Under the pieces are notes generated by a model. The model did not search any database and was not told the origin of the DNA. It saw nothing but the letters and a program-made list of their open reading frames with translations. A stretch of DNA of 64,000 bases from Vezdaea acicularis (lineage: Eukaryota): contig JAPEUI010000072.1 of assembly GCA_026025075.1 (NCBI GenBank), positions 1 to 64,000 on the forward strand. The letters are read 5' to 3'. Below are positions 1 through 13,088 of the stretch, piece after piece (positions within the stretch are counted from its first letter, which is position 1; each line of letters starts with the position of its first letter). The position numbers and the translations under genes are program-made.

Positions 1-235
1 TCCCTCCGCTGAAGAGGCGCTCTGGAATGCTCTTTTGTGATTGGGTGGATGATGCGCAGGCACGATCTAAAGAACAAGGGAGACCGCGAGGCGGAGGCAG
101 AGGCGAGACATCTGCTTATCTCGTGGGGTAATGTAGCCAGCCACGCCGCCACCATGAGCAGCAGGATCGCGTGGCACCCGTATCTGGGGAGCCGAGAGTG
201 AGCAGCGAGGGCGAACCTCGATAAGGGGGGGCACG

Positions 236-276
236 GGAAGGGAAGGGAAGGGAAGGGAAGGGGAGGGGGGGGGGGG
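236..276. repeat. (GGGAA)n microsatellite followed by poly-G tract
   Basis: gggaagggaagggaagggaagggaag followed by a G run, read directly. Confidence 0.8.
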
Positions 277-3200
277 TAAGTTGAAGGCTCATGGGAAACG
301 CGGTCTGTGCGCGATGATATGAGTCTGGGATGAGGCAAGGGCGGGGCCTGCCTGCGAGGATATGGCGAAAGAAGGGGGGAAGGGGGAAAGGCAATTCGAG
401 GCGGGGGTTGCACAAAAGCAAATTGAGGGCAGAGGGAGAGAGAAGACGAAGGAGGAAGGGGGGGTTTCGATCTGATGAAGACGTGCGGCGATTGCAGCCT
501 GCGTCTCTGCTGCAGCAGAGCTGGCGAAGCGAAAGGCGTCGGAGATTCATCGTCGAGGAAAATAGTAGTTGCGTTCTTCGCCCTCTGCGTCTACGGTAGT
601 TTAGCCCGCCGCCTTTTCGCGCACGCGATGGCTCCGTCGTTTTTGGGGCCGATGAGATCATCCCAGGAGGAGAGGTCTGACCAGCCAGCTACTGTACCGT
701 AACAAAGTAAGCCATAGACTCGCGGGATACCAAAAAGACACCTCCAAGCGGCCCCATCGATCCCAGCGGTCGATCCCATCTCGCAGTATCTGTCCCAACA
801 TCCATCCATCCATCTGACGGACCCAAAATCGCTTGTTGCTCCTCCGGATCCTCCGGCGAGCACAAGCCGAGAAGGAGGAGGAGTGGTGTTGGGAGAGGGG
901 GAAAGGTGAGAAGGAAAACGCACTACGGCAGAATACATTTCTTGGTTCGGCTAGCTGGTGCGTGGTGCGAGAAAAGAAGAGCTCGTTCTAGCGTACGTGC
1001 GCGTTCCTGGAGGAAGAGGCGGGGGCGCCTGCGCGGGGGAGCTCTCTTTTCGCGGGAGAATCATGGAAGCACAGGGGGGAGCAGGGCCAGGCCAAGCCCA
1101 AAAACGTGGGGGTTCGTTCGACATGATCTCAAACATGGGCCGAACGCTTGCCATCTCCCCCCCTCCCCCCTGGCGGCGTCCGAGCCAACCAGCGGCGATC
1201 ATGGCCCGCCCGTTGCGCGGCTGGCTTTCGTCCGTCGGATCGCCCAATCAGGTCGTGGGGCGTGCGGGAGGAACGTCTGGTCTGGTGCAGGTATTTGAGT
1301 ACTTGGAACCTTCGTCTTTACGTCGACTGCCCGTCAGCTTCCTCGTGCACGGTACGAATCTTGTCACTTCCACACCCACCCCCCCTGGTCTTGCTGTGAA
1401 GATGATACAAAAGTCCCTAGTGTATTATGTGCGGACACTGGGCTAGGTACAGTCTAGTGGTAATTGAATCGAATTGTCCTGGGTTCAAGGACCTAGATCA
1501 TCTCTGGATGAGGCTACCGAGTCTCGTTGCTTCGGATCGGGTGCCGGCAAAAAAGCTTGAAAGGGGACCCTTACCGCCGAGCGTGATAAGACTCGCGCTA
1601 GAGAAAGAGCCACGCTTCGATGCTGTGGGTGGGGGGGGGGGGCGTGTTGATGTTTGATGCTTCACCATTGCAATGTGAATGCACGCCCCGGTGGGTCCAT
1701 CCACGTTGAGTATTTCCCTAACAGGGGCACCATCGACCGCCGTGATTCGTGAGAAGGAAGGATGCCGATGGCCGAAAAATTAAATGCACTCAATCGCGAA
1801 ACAGTCGAGGCAGCTACCCGGTTGGTTCGCCGCTCAGGAATGAATTGCTCTCGTATTCGAGATTTTTCCCATTGAGAGCTGCGCGAATTCATCCTGCGCC
1901 CTACGAGGCTTGCGACGTCGTACGGAAAAAGTGGAGATGTATTTTGTTCATCTGTGCGCCTGGGTCAGCTTCGAGCCATCCTGAAACGGCGAGAACGACG
2001 CCCGATTCTCATCTTTGCTCAGGTACAGGCGTCAGACGAGGTGGACATGGCGGACGACTCCACGATCCATTGGCCCGCCAAACCACCAAACGGCCGTGCG
2101 GCAGGAACTGGCATCGGTGCTCTTCCATCCATGGTAACGAATAGGGGGCTAGATAATGATTCCAAGCCGGATTGGCGTCATCGAGCACTCCGATGGGGAC
2201 GAGTCATCCCCTAAATCTCTTCCAACGACCCAGCGCTCTCACCGGATTTTTTTTCGTTAGTCTACGCACAGATGGGAGATCATCGACGATGTGGCTTCTC
2301 GTCACTCCTATGAACCCTGATTGCTGGGAAAGGTTGGGTGGGCCCCACTACACTAATGCTGCTGCGGGCCGCCCGCTGAACGTTGAACGCCTCGAATCCA
2401 TGAAGTCTCGCCGATCAACCACCGATTTGAAATCCTCAAGGGCAATCCTGATAGACGCGGGATGTCGATCGTGAAGACGGCGTATCGAAAAATATCCCTC
2501 GCTTCCCGGATAAGCACTTGTCGGATGTGATCTCGACGTGCGGCGACTGTCCCATGCGATCAAAAGTCTCAAGCCGCGCACTCGACGTCATCTGGGCTGG
2601 CTGGTGTGTCTCATGCTCAGCAGGCATCATGTCGACACCAGATACCTCCCACGCGCAGCGCTCAGAGGCCGTGGTCATGCAGGAGTCGAGTCTGGAAGAG
2701 GATGCAGAGAGGGTGTCGTGCTTCGGAATGTACAGGGTTACACCGGTCACTGGGAGCGCGGCTTGGACGTCAGGGACGAGCTCAACCCTCTGGTACTTCC
2801 TCTTTCGTCCTGCGCCCGAGGTTCTTTGGGTATGGTGAGCGGGCGCCCTCGATTGGCTCCCACCGATCGACTGGTGCGCGTCAGGTCAGCTCTCCACACC
2901 AGATCCCCCATCTCACTTGCCTCCCCTTTCGGCATGCGAGATGGAAAAAGCACAAGGCGTTGGGAAAAGTGGAAGATAAAAGCAACGATGCTTCAACGTT
3001 GCGTCGAGCTCGATGCCATCGCCACTGTTTCTCGCCCGGTACCTTGCTGGGCTGGGTAAAGCTGCAATAGTGAGGCGGTCCGTGTCGGACCCGACCAGGG
3101 CCCCCCCTGCACCTGCCGTACGTAGTCAACGGCCGAATGTATCTTTTGGGCCTGGCGTGCACCTATCAATACATTGGGGGGGAGATGCGCATGGCCAGCT

Positions 3201-6200
3201 AGCGACGATTCGGACAAGGCCGGAGATGCCACACGGGTGCCAACGTGGGTGGCTGCGACTGATCTGGCTCGATTGCTCGCTTTTCGACCGGGGGGTGGAG
3301 AGAAGATGACGGAAAGCATGTCTCTGACCCCTCGACGCTGACGGCTGAGTGGTCCCATCGAATTTCCGCGCTCGAGCCAATCAGGAGCGTAGAACCCACC
3401 CTTTTTCGAATTTCGTAAAAACCCTGGCCGCCTTCCCGGAAAAGTCTAGTGATCGAGTGGGCTGCCTTGCCTTGCAACGCCGGTGGGTCTCGCGCCTCGT
3501 GGCTTGGGGATGTCGTGTCGCTGCGTGTTTGGCAAGGGCTGAGACTCGACATCTGAAAGCGGTGCCTTGCTTCGAAGCGACGAGGCCGGCCATGCGAGGG
3601 GCCTAAAACATGAAGCTTAAGCTGGGTACGTGCAGAATGTGCGAAGACCGTACCCACCCCCACCGGCCGCATGGGTACTCGCATTCTCTATTGTTCATCG
3701 AGACAATTCAGATCGGATGGGGAAAGTGCCGCGGTACCCGGTGCTCAGGAAGCGTCGTTGACCGTGCAGGTTAAGGACCCTTCTTGCGGCCCGCAATGTC
3801 ACATTCCTGGATCGTCGTCGAAATCGCGCCGGCTAGACCCCGAATGTCTTCATGCTGCCGCGCTTGGGGATATCCCTCCTACCGGGCGTCGCGGACTTAT
3901 GCCAAGGGGGACTTTGGCGTCCGGATCAATAGCGCTGCGTGCATTTTTTCAAGTAGACTGACCTCACTCGGTACAGCCGCGCAGAATGATGATATTCGTG
4001 CAGAGCGAACGCGGTGAGGCGCTGCGGTCAGCTCGCCGATGGCGCCTTCATTTCTCCATGTCTCCATGTCACCATGACTCTTGGAACGAGCGCTACGTCT
4101 CCATCTGGCGCTGACGAGCAGCCTCGACTGGCGCGGGCAATCCCAACCGCTAGGAGATTGTACAGTAAGTTAGAAGTCAAAGTGCAGGCGTCACACCGCA
4201 TCGGGAATAGTCTGGGGATGCCACCGTTATTCCCTGGCGATTCGAAGGAAAAAGAAGGCAGGACGACGTGTGATTCCGCCAGAATTAAAAGCCGGCCAGC
4301 CAAACAGGGCCTCCCGACGCAGATACTTCCAGTTAGTCTGACGGCGGCGACGGCCTCCATAGGACGCTGGCCATTGAATGGCACGGACCACAGGGAAAAC
4401 AGAATCGACGTTTTCCTGTTCTTTCACGCTGCCTCATCGGCGTGGTGGCGGTCGCTCGGAGCCAGCTGCGCGAGGGGATCGAGACCGAATGCAATCTCTG
4501 CTGCAGGCCCCGCCGTCCGCCCGTCGAGTCGCTCTCGGCCGCCCACGACATTTGGCGCGCCGCGACAGCCGCTGGCTCGACGAGGGGGCGATGGCTCCGA
4601 AGTGCATCGGCTTGTTGGGATGCGAGAAAAGGGGAGGAGAAGGGCAAGGGATCTGGCAGAGTCGTGCGTGAGCAAGGTCATGCCGCACCTGCGCTGCGCT
4701 CTTGGCCCTCTGCCCCAGCGCCCGTCTTTTCTCTCATCTGACAGGCCGGGGTCTTGCGAGATAATGGCTGGGAAGAGTCCGGGGACGGGGCATGCATCTT
4801 GATCTGGTTCCTGCTCCACGCTGCGGCCATGCCATGTTGGAACTCGCCATTTCCTCGTTTCGCACCTCATGAGTCGTGGACGGCCCCCTTCTCTGTGGGA
4901 GAGGGTGTCCAGTCTCAGGCCAGCCCCAACAGAGGCAGGACCTGACTCCGCCGGTGCTCGACCGTCCCTCGTCGTTGCGCCCTCACCCTCACGCTCCCCG
5001 GCCCCCTCGCGCACATGCTCACCCTCACTCGGCGCGCACACCCTCACTGCGCTGCTCCGCCCGCGCGACGGCAATTGCGGGTTTGACGGAGATGCCACCC
5101 CACGCGGAGGATACGGGAAGGGACGACGGCGTCCAGCGTCCAGCATCCAGCGTCAGCTCGTCGGGGTTTTTTTGCGCTCAATGCACGCAGCGATTCAACC
5201 TCTGATTTAGCCAACCTCTGAGAGCGACAACCGAGCGCCGGCCCCCATTCCCGCCGTGTCTGCGCCTGCCTGCCTCGTCGGTCGGCCGTTCGTCGTTGTC
5301 GGGGAAGGGAAAGCGCCAGCGTCGTCGCTGTTTCGAGATGGCAGGCACGGTCCAGGACGGGGCACCGAGCACCTGCAGCAGGCAGTTGCGTTAGACCGAG
5401 GGGGGCAGGACCCCGTCCAAGCGGCAGCGGATGACGGCGAATGGCTGCTGGCCCCGCCGCGTCTTCAGGCGGGAGCGCCCTTGCCCTTTTCGAACGCGGG
5501 TGCATGGCCGCGCTCTCGAACCCTGTTGCGCTAAATGGCGACTGAATCGCTGCGTGGGCGGCCTGACTGGCCTGCCGTACTGGCCTGCTGATCCCCCCGG
5601 CCGAACGAGCGACGAGCAGCCAGGCTCCCTATCACCGAGCACGACTCCGAACGCCCGCCACTTTTGCTCTGCGCGCCAGCACCCGCGGTCCGACTCTTCG
5701 CACCCGTCGATCCGTGGAGCGTGGACGGCGCGATCAGACGTCGCTTTGGCCTTCGCGGTCTTCCTCCTCCCCACGGTCCGACGGGCAGGAATTCGGCAGC
5801 AGTTGCAGCAAAAGCACGACGCACGGCAGCGAGAGAGCGAGCCACGGACGCTCACCCGACAGGCTCTTGCGCGGTGCGCGCGCCCGCCCACGCTCACTCC
5901 GCGCTCGCGCGCACCGACCCTCTGCCCCCCCCCCTCCTGCTCTCGAACCCCCATGGGTCGTGGCGCGAAGGGGACGGAGGGAAAATCTCCAGACGAGCGT
6001 CGCGGCGGCGCTGGATGGAGCGTAGTCATCCTACCCTGGCGCACGCCCACCCCGTCCCCCCCCCCGGTCCAGCCAGCCTGCTGCACACGCAACTAGCGTC
6101 TTCCGTCGCTACAGTAGCTCGCTTTTCTTCGCGCGGCCGCCGTCCGTGGCCGCTCCACCGTCGTGTGAGTGGTCCAGGTGCCATTGGTCGGGGCCGTGTG

Positions 6201-6577
6201 GATATATGGCCGCCGGACTCCCCCATATTTGCTTCATCATTGCTACTGTCCTCCGCTGCTCCGCGAGCCTTCATGACCATCGATGCCCCCGCGACTCGAC
6301 GGTGAATCTACTGTTCACGGCGCTGTCAATGTCAAGCATCCACGGCGGCTCTCATCATCACCATCGTCTTTTCTGCTAGTCCCCCCCACTCGGCTCCCCT
6401 TGGTGCCCTCGTCAACTCCTTCCACCGATTAGCTTCACTTCGAATAACCACCATCTTCCAACGCTCCCTTGCATCGAACACGCCCCACAGCTCAGACCAA
6501 CGCTGTCAAGCCGGACGACGGGCTATTGTCGTCATTTCCTCTGCTCATCAGCACCAATTGCAACACCATCCTTCACC

Positions 6578-7105
6578 ATGACCGAGATGCTTTGGTCACC
6601 AGATTTCTGCTTGGCTTGTGACCGCCAGACCACCGGCGGAGCATATTGCTCTCAAACGTGTCGTCTGGCGGATCTCGAGAGGGCCTCGCATGCTTCGGAA
6701 CCCTCCTCGCCGACCTCGAATGTCGGGCTTGGGCTGTTCATTTCGCCCAGTACCACAAGTTCCCGCAACGGTTTCTACCTCCCACCACCCATCAACTTCG
6801 CTGCCTATCGCTCGAACCAGGCCAGCCGACCCCAGGCTCCGACGATGACCTCGAATTCAGCGCAGACGTATGGAATGCTCTCGATGAACATGTCGAGGAG
6901 TCATAGCCTCACCACCTCGACGTCTGCCGCCTCGTCGAAACCAGGCCTCACACCTTCATCTTCGCAGTCATCCCTCTCGTCCATGGGCAGTGCCGCCGCT
7001 CGAGAGCCAGGCTATCTCTCGGATCAGGCTCGAGCGGAATTGAGAGAATACGCCAGTTCCTTCGACCGATATCGAGACTCGAGGAGACGGTGCTCGTGGT
7101 CCTAG
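6578..7105 (+). CDS. ECL1: Ecl1-family (extender of chronological lifespan) Cys-cluster protein, 175 aa, intronless
   Basis: N-terminal WSPDFCLACDRQTTGGAYCSQTCRLADLE (CxxCD...YCSxxCRxxD), Ser-rich middle, C-terminal LSDQARAELREYASSFD; start context caccATG. Confidence 0.8.
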   Translation: MTEMLWSPDFCLACDRQTTGGAYCSQTCRLADLERASHASEPSSPTSNVGLGLFISPSTTSSRNGFYLPPPINFAAYRSNQASRPQAPTMTSNSAQTYGMLSMNMSRSHSLTTSTSAASSKPGLTPSSSQSSLSSMGSAAAREPGYLSDQARAELREYASSFDRYRDSRRRCSWS

Positions 7106-10100
7106 TGGCCGCGCTGTTTCAACAACTAGAATACCATTCTCATCATGTCTCACGTATCAAACCATCTACGCCTCAACGATCCCTCAGTCTTCTCGGTCTT
7201 GTCGTCTGCCATTTCGCATTATCACAGAGTCATGGAGTTTACACCTGGAGTGGCTGGAGCCTGAGATACCTTTGTCGAATCGTCGGAACTGTCTTCTCAT
7301 CTCACTCGTCTCTGTTCTAGGAACCATCTCCTTACCGCATATCAAACCTATATATCCATCACCAGTTATCTGTCCACAGCCCTTTATCACTAGGGCAAAT
7401 TTCCTTTCCGTTGTATCAAAAGCTGCATCGCAATGGGGGAGGTTCGCACCAGCAACAAAAAGTTTTCTACGTCTAAGCATTGCAGTCGTCGCACGGAGAG
7501 TTGGGGTTTTCATTGATTTTCCCGTGGGAAGGAGTAGTCTGCGCCAGATCAAGCGCCTGGGAGTTGGGAACGCTGCGCTACGAGTTGGGTACCCGGAACA
7601 ACGTTGTCCTGTCTGTCACATCTTTTTTTTTCTCTCTGTCGGCTTGCAGCAAGGATACCCTCGGGATGCAACAGTGGAGAATATTCGGTGTTCATCTGTT
7701 CGTCCTTGTTTCTTCCACACGCCTCCATCATTTTCTTTTGGGGTTATCATTTTTCTTGGCTGGCTCGCTCTCTCTCTCGCGTCATTTCAGGCACCCGAGC
7801 ACTTTTGAGAGGTGGCCCACCTGTACGTATCTAGCAGAAAGACTACAATGTCATACGGGTCTTCGTCGTCACTGCAGCTCCTTAGGGCCGCCGGACGAAC
7901 GAGACTCCTGTTTACAAAGCCAATCACGCCATCTCCATCCTACATGCCTCCCTGCCAGTGCTTTCTATACGTGCCCTTAGTAATATGCTTTTTCCTCCCG
8001 CCATGCAACCCGCCGGGTGCCTTCCCTTTTCCAACCCCCTGTCATCCAAAAAGTCTCCGCAGAGAATAGCGAGGGAACGAACCCACGTACCGGGATATAT
8101 GTTTCTTTTCCGCATGGAGACTTCCAATATGACCACATCCTCCCCCGTCGAGCACGCAAGAATTATAAGCGTGGATCTTTGAAGCACGCGATTTTTCTTT
8201 TCCCGCTTTCTTTTTTTCTGCATGCAACATGCGGATCGGTTGTTCATCCGACGGCCGAAGCCGCTGGGTGTACGCTTCCTATTTTCCTTGTTTACAGCCC
8301 CTCGCTCGCTGCCTTCTTTTACTTTGTGGCCACCTCACTCACCTTGGGCGAGGGGATTGTTGCTCGGGGTCAGGTTCCTGGACGAACGGCCGGTGCTGCT
8401 GGACCTCCCTTCGGATGGGTGGGTGGATAAGCCCACCCCGGTTCGTGTTCATCCTCGTCCGGGGCCGACCCTGCCGAAATGGAGGAGTGGAAGAGCGAGT
8501 GAGTAAGTGGGGTCGTGCACGGCTTTTCCGTTCGGTGGGAAGCCGGGAAGTGGAGGATCCTGCTGTTGTGAGCCCTGCATATGGCCGTTGCTGTATGGCG
8601 CAACCTTTTTTTCCTCGAACTCTCAGGCCCGAAGAAAAAGTGCGCGGAAGAGTATGTGAGACTCTGGCACCACTGCGCAGCGGCGTGTGTGAAAGATGAC
8701 AATGAAGGGGCAGAGTCCTGGACTGCTAGCTCCTGGAGGGGGGAACGCACGTGCCATGATGTTCCGTATTAAGAGGGTTTATGGTGGTTGCTGGCGCTGG
8801 GAGCACGGGCCTGGGGTTCGCACGGACGGAGAGCGGGTGCGGCGGGGTTGTGGGATATTTCTTTGCGGGTGGGGGGTGGTTCGGTGCGTAGCTGGGCGGG
8901 AAAGGAGGGCGACTCGGCGAGGTTTATCTCGGACCTGCACTTGCAGGTTTGAGAACCAAGGGGGAGGGCATTTGAGGGGCATCGCCATTCAACGACGCCT
9001 GCGCAGCCAAGTTACGCTGCACATCTACGTCCACGGCCTACACTTCCCCTATTTCCTCATCGATCCAACTCGTGCGCGCAGACAGAACAACAACTAGAAC
9101 CGTCCCAGCACAGCAGCGGCGAACAAGGGTTCCCCCCAAAAAATCTTACCCCGGATTTCCACGGCGACATTTCCCCTCGAATGAAGTAGGCATAGCCCCT
9201 CATTTCTAGGCGAATTGCGTCTTTCCGCCGATCCGACGTTGCTGAGTGGCTCCGTCGCCCCACCGGCGTGTCCCCCTTCTCCTCTCTGATTGGCCGGAGA
9301 AAAAGTGTGGAGCGAGTGGTATGTGCAGGGACTTCGGTCGTAGGCGAGAAGTAGTCTAGTTACGTGATAGCGGCGTCGCGGAACTTTTTTGGCGGAGAGG
9401 GGAAGGGAAGGAAGGAAGGAAGGGAGGTCCGATTCGCGAGGGGGAGGCGATCGGTCGATTACTACGGTCGGCCGGGAAAACACACTTGGGCAAATTTCTG
9501 CTACCGTTGCTGAAGAGGGAGGAAAAGTGGGGGTTTTGCTTTTTTCTGTGAAACGGGGCGAGAGCGTGTGGTGTGAGGGTCTATTTCTCCTGCGATAAGT
9601 GAGGGACGGAACGGATGGACGGCGAGACGCTCGGGCCCGGCAAGGCCGTTCGTATCAGGGACGGCCACGGCGCGGCGCGGGCAAATTGAGGTTGTTCGTT
9701 CCTTTCGTCCAGGCGGGACGGGTTTTGGGGGGTGGTGGCCGGGAAGGTGGAGGGGGCTTGTTCGGCATGCCGAGGGGGTTATTGATTGGCAATATTGCGG
9801 CCGAGGAGAATGCCGATGGAGGCGGCTTTTCTGTTTCTTTGCTTTTTGTTCCTATGTTCTGCTCCGGGGCAGGGTTCGAGGCCCTTTGGGCTTTTCTGGG
9901 GGGGTTGTTTTTGCTTTTGGGCAGGCACACGTCCGCCCGGGGAAAGAAAAATTGGGGCGGGAGGCGTGCAAGGTACAGGCACGTGCCGCGGTAGACTATT
10001 GGCTGGAGAATGGAACCAGAAAGGGACGCTTGCTTGCTAGGCGCAAATTTTTAGAAAGTGGAGAAAGTGGATGGATCGGGGGTTAGCAGGGCGTCAAGAA

Positions 10101-11607
10101 AACGTAACGAAAAATGATTGTCGGAAAGGGTCCAGTCGTAGCGGCGGCTCTGGCCCGCGGGGTGGAGCCGTCATGGGTTTTCTTCGGTGGCGCGCTTTTT
10201 CGCATTTCGTGCGACCCCCCGGGAGTTGTTCCGGTTCATCCTTCCAGTCAGGACTGCAAAGCAAGCGGCAACAGTTGACGGTGGCATCAGAGCGCGTTCA
10301 GACTCCCTCTCCTTTCCTCCCCGAAGATGCATCAGTGCAGCATCAACAACAACGACAAGAGATCCATTGATGAAACCCCCCCACGCTAGCTTAGCACAGC
10401 AACTCCCCAGGTCCCGAACCCACAGACCATCGAAAATCCTTCGCCCACTCGGTTTCGTAGCCGGCGCGAAGGATCCATAGACTTTCTGTCGCGCAGTTCA
10501 GGGCCAGAGACAGCGGCCGGTAGTGCCGTGCGGCGTCGCGGGAGCGCCCTAGGGAACCACAGAAAACCCAATGGAGCGACGAAATCCTTGCGCACTTCAG
10601 CGAGCTAGGGAGGAAGGATTGGGGTAGGTGGAAGGGGGGGTGGTCGAGGGGGAGGGAGGATTTGGGGCGCAGAGATTTCGCGGGTGCTGAGGGATGTGGG
10701 ATGTGGGATGGGGAATGGTAAGGTGATACCACTGCTGCTGTTGCTAAGGAATGCTGTAGAACGTAATGCATCGCGGGTAATTCAGGATTTGGTGATGACG
10801 CAGGATGGGAGATGAGCTGAAAGAATTTTCCGAGCACGAATCGGACTCCTTGGCTCGTCTTCCTGCAGTCGACGACAAAAAGGCTCCAGGTAACAAATGC
10901 TTGCCCCACAGTCGTTGTCGTGTCTATGCCCCACCCCAACGAAGGAGACCCCACTCGTCACGTCCCTCCTCCAATCCCCACGAAGATCGCACGACCGAAC
11001 CGACGTTACACATCAGCATCCTTTGGGAAGCGCTCCAGCGGCCGCAAGTGGTCGAAGCTCAATACGTATCACTGTTCCTGAGCCCCCAGCCGGCTACCAG
11101 CGGCCGAATGTTTAGGCGTCATGAAACCCGGATGCCGGAGACCAATGGATGCAGTGCTCGTGTGACCGGGTGTACGGAGGATGATGTGTTGGTCGATCAT
11201 TGGATTTCTATGGATTCAAGAACTGGGTCGTGCGGGTAGGGCTGATGGTGGACTAATTAGACATGACGGAGGTTGCGCCATTTTTTCCGTTTTAGGGGGC
11301 TGGACAGGTGTTGGAATTGTCAATGTTTTGAGACGTACTTTGTCTCATGTAAGAGACCTTTCCCTTTTTTGCCTTTTGTTTCGAGGGATTTGAAGGGATG
11401 AATCTACTCTCGTACTTTCTCGTGAAAACTTTTTATTTCTACCTTTTATTTGAAGACATTTCAACGGACATCGTTCTATTCCCCCTTGCCTATCTTGATG
11501 GGTCGTCAAGGCTAGAATGAGATTAGTTCCCCTATTATCTTCTCTTTCAAGGGAATCCGTACGATCCCCTTTTACTTGATGTCCCCTTTACGTAAAAGAA
11601 TTGATCG

Positions 11608-13088
11608 TCATGGCAATAAGATCGTCTGCCTAAGCACCTTGATCTGCTCCTCGACACAAGCCTTGCTTGTACCTCCCTTTGCTGACCTCATCTCTACGCT
11701 CTGCTCGAAGTTGAACGAGTCCTTAATATCTGGTTCAAATCTATCATCTATACTTTTCAGCTGTTCAAAGCTCAGCTTGTCCATCGGAGTTCCTGTCTTC
11801 TCGGCCAGTGCGACGACACGGCCTGAGATGTGATGTGTCTCTCTAAATGGCACGCCCTTGCGCACGAGGTAATCAGCTAAATCTGTGGCCAGCATATCTG
11901 GCGTTAGAGATGCACGCATTTTCTTTGGATCAATGTTCAGCGTTGAGATGACACCGGTTGCTATCTGAATGCTATCCGATACCGTCTTGACACAGTCCAA
12001 CAGCGGTTCAACGGACTCTTGAAGATCCTTGTTATACGTGCTAGGCAGCCCCTTCAGTGTGTACATGAATCCAGCCATTTGGCCGAATACACGCCCGCTC
12101 TTACCCCTGAGCAATTCGAGTGAGTCTGGGTTCTTCTTCTGCGGCATAAGGCTGCTGCCCGTTGAGTAGGCGTCTGCGAGCCGTACGTAACCAAATTCAC
12201 CGCTTGAGTAGATGATCAGATCTTCAGACCAGCGCGATATATGCTGCATAAGCGTGGCTCCCCATTGCATCGTTTCAACGGCGAAATCGCGGTCTGCCAC
12301 GGCATTCATTGAATTCCACATCAGGCCTTCGAATCCTAGCTCCTTAGCAATGGCCTCACGGTCGATCCCAAATGGATTTCCAGCCAATGCTCCCGCACCT
12401 AGAGGACATCTGTTGACTCGCGCGAGGACTTCTCTTAGCCTTTGAAGATCTGTTGCGAATGACATGCCGTAGCTCAGCATCCAGTGAGACCATCGTATCG
12501 GCTGTGCTCGCTGAAGATGTGTATAACCCGGCATGATGTGCTCAATCTCTTTCTCAGCCCTCGAGGCATTGACCTTCAGGAAATCGATGAGAAAGCCTTC
12601 GATTTTTTCCAGCTCTTCCCGTAACCATAAGCGCATGTCCGTCGCAATTTGGTCATTGCGACTTCGCCCCGTATGCAGCTTGCCTGCTACCTGCATGCCA
12701 ATGATCTCCCCCAGCCTACGTTCATTGGCGGTGTGAATGTCTTCGTCAATACCGGGTTTGATCTCGAAAGTCCTCTCTTTCCATTCTTTCTCCACTTGCG
12801 CGAAGCCCTTCTCGATCGTTGCGAACTCTTCTTTAGTCAATATCCCTATCTTCTGGTTCGCACGAGCATACGCAATTGAACCTCGAATATCCTGGGCATA
12901 GAACACACGGTCATAGGGTAATGACTCGTTATATGATACCATGAGAGGGTCTAGACCACCTGCAGTGTAAAGGCATTAGGCATTGCTTCTGTGCGACATC
13001 CCGCCGAGAACCCACCAGTGAAACGACCGCCCCAAAGCATATTCTTGCCGGGCTCGTTAGCCCTCGACTGCGATTGTTTAGCAGCCAT
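11608..13088 (-). CDS. ARG4: Argininosuccinate lyase (intron 12960-13015)
   Basis: Splicing restores [14 protein letters not shown]; motifs [40 protein letters not shown]. Confidence 0.97.

Noticed and set aside
116..6379. Many overlapping 60-260 aa ORFs (for example 4014-4802, 4424-5146, 5391-6092)
   Set aside because: They are Arg/Pro/Gly/Ala-rich, lack motifs and overlap in all frames, as expected from stop-codon scarcity in GC-rich non-coding DNA
10791..10820. GTGATGA...CTGA pair
   Set aside because: Only about 29 nt apart, too short for a C/D snoRNA
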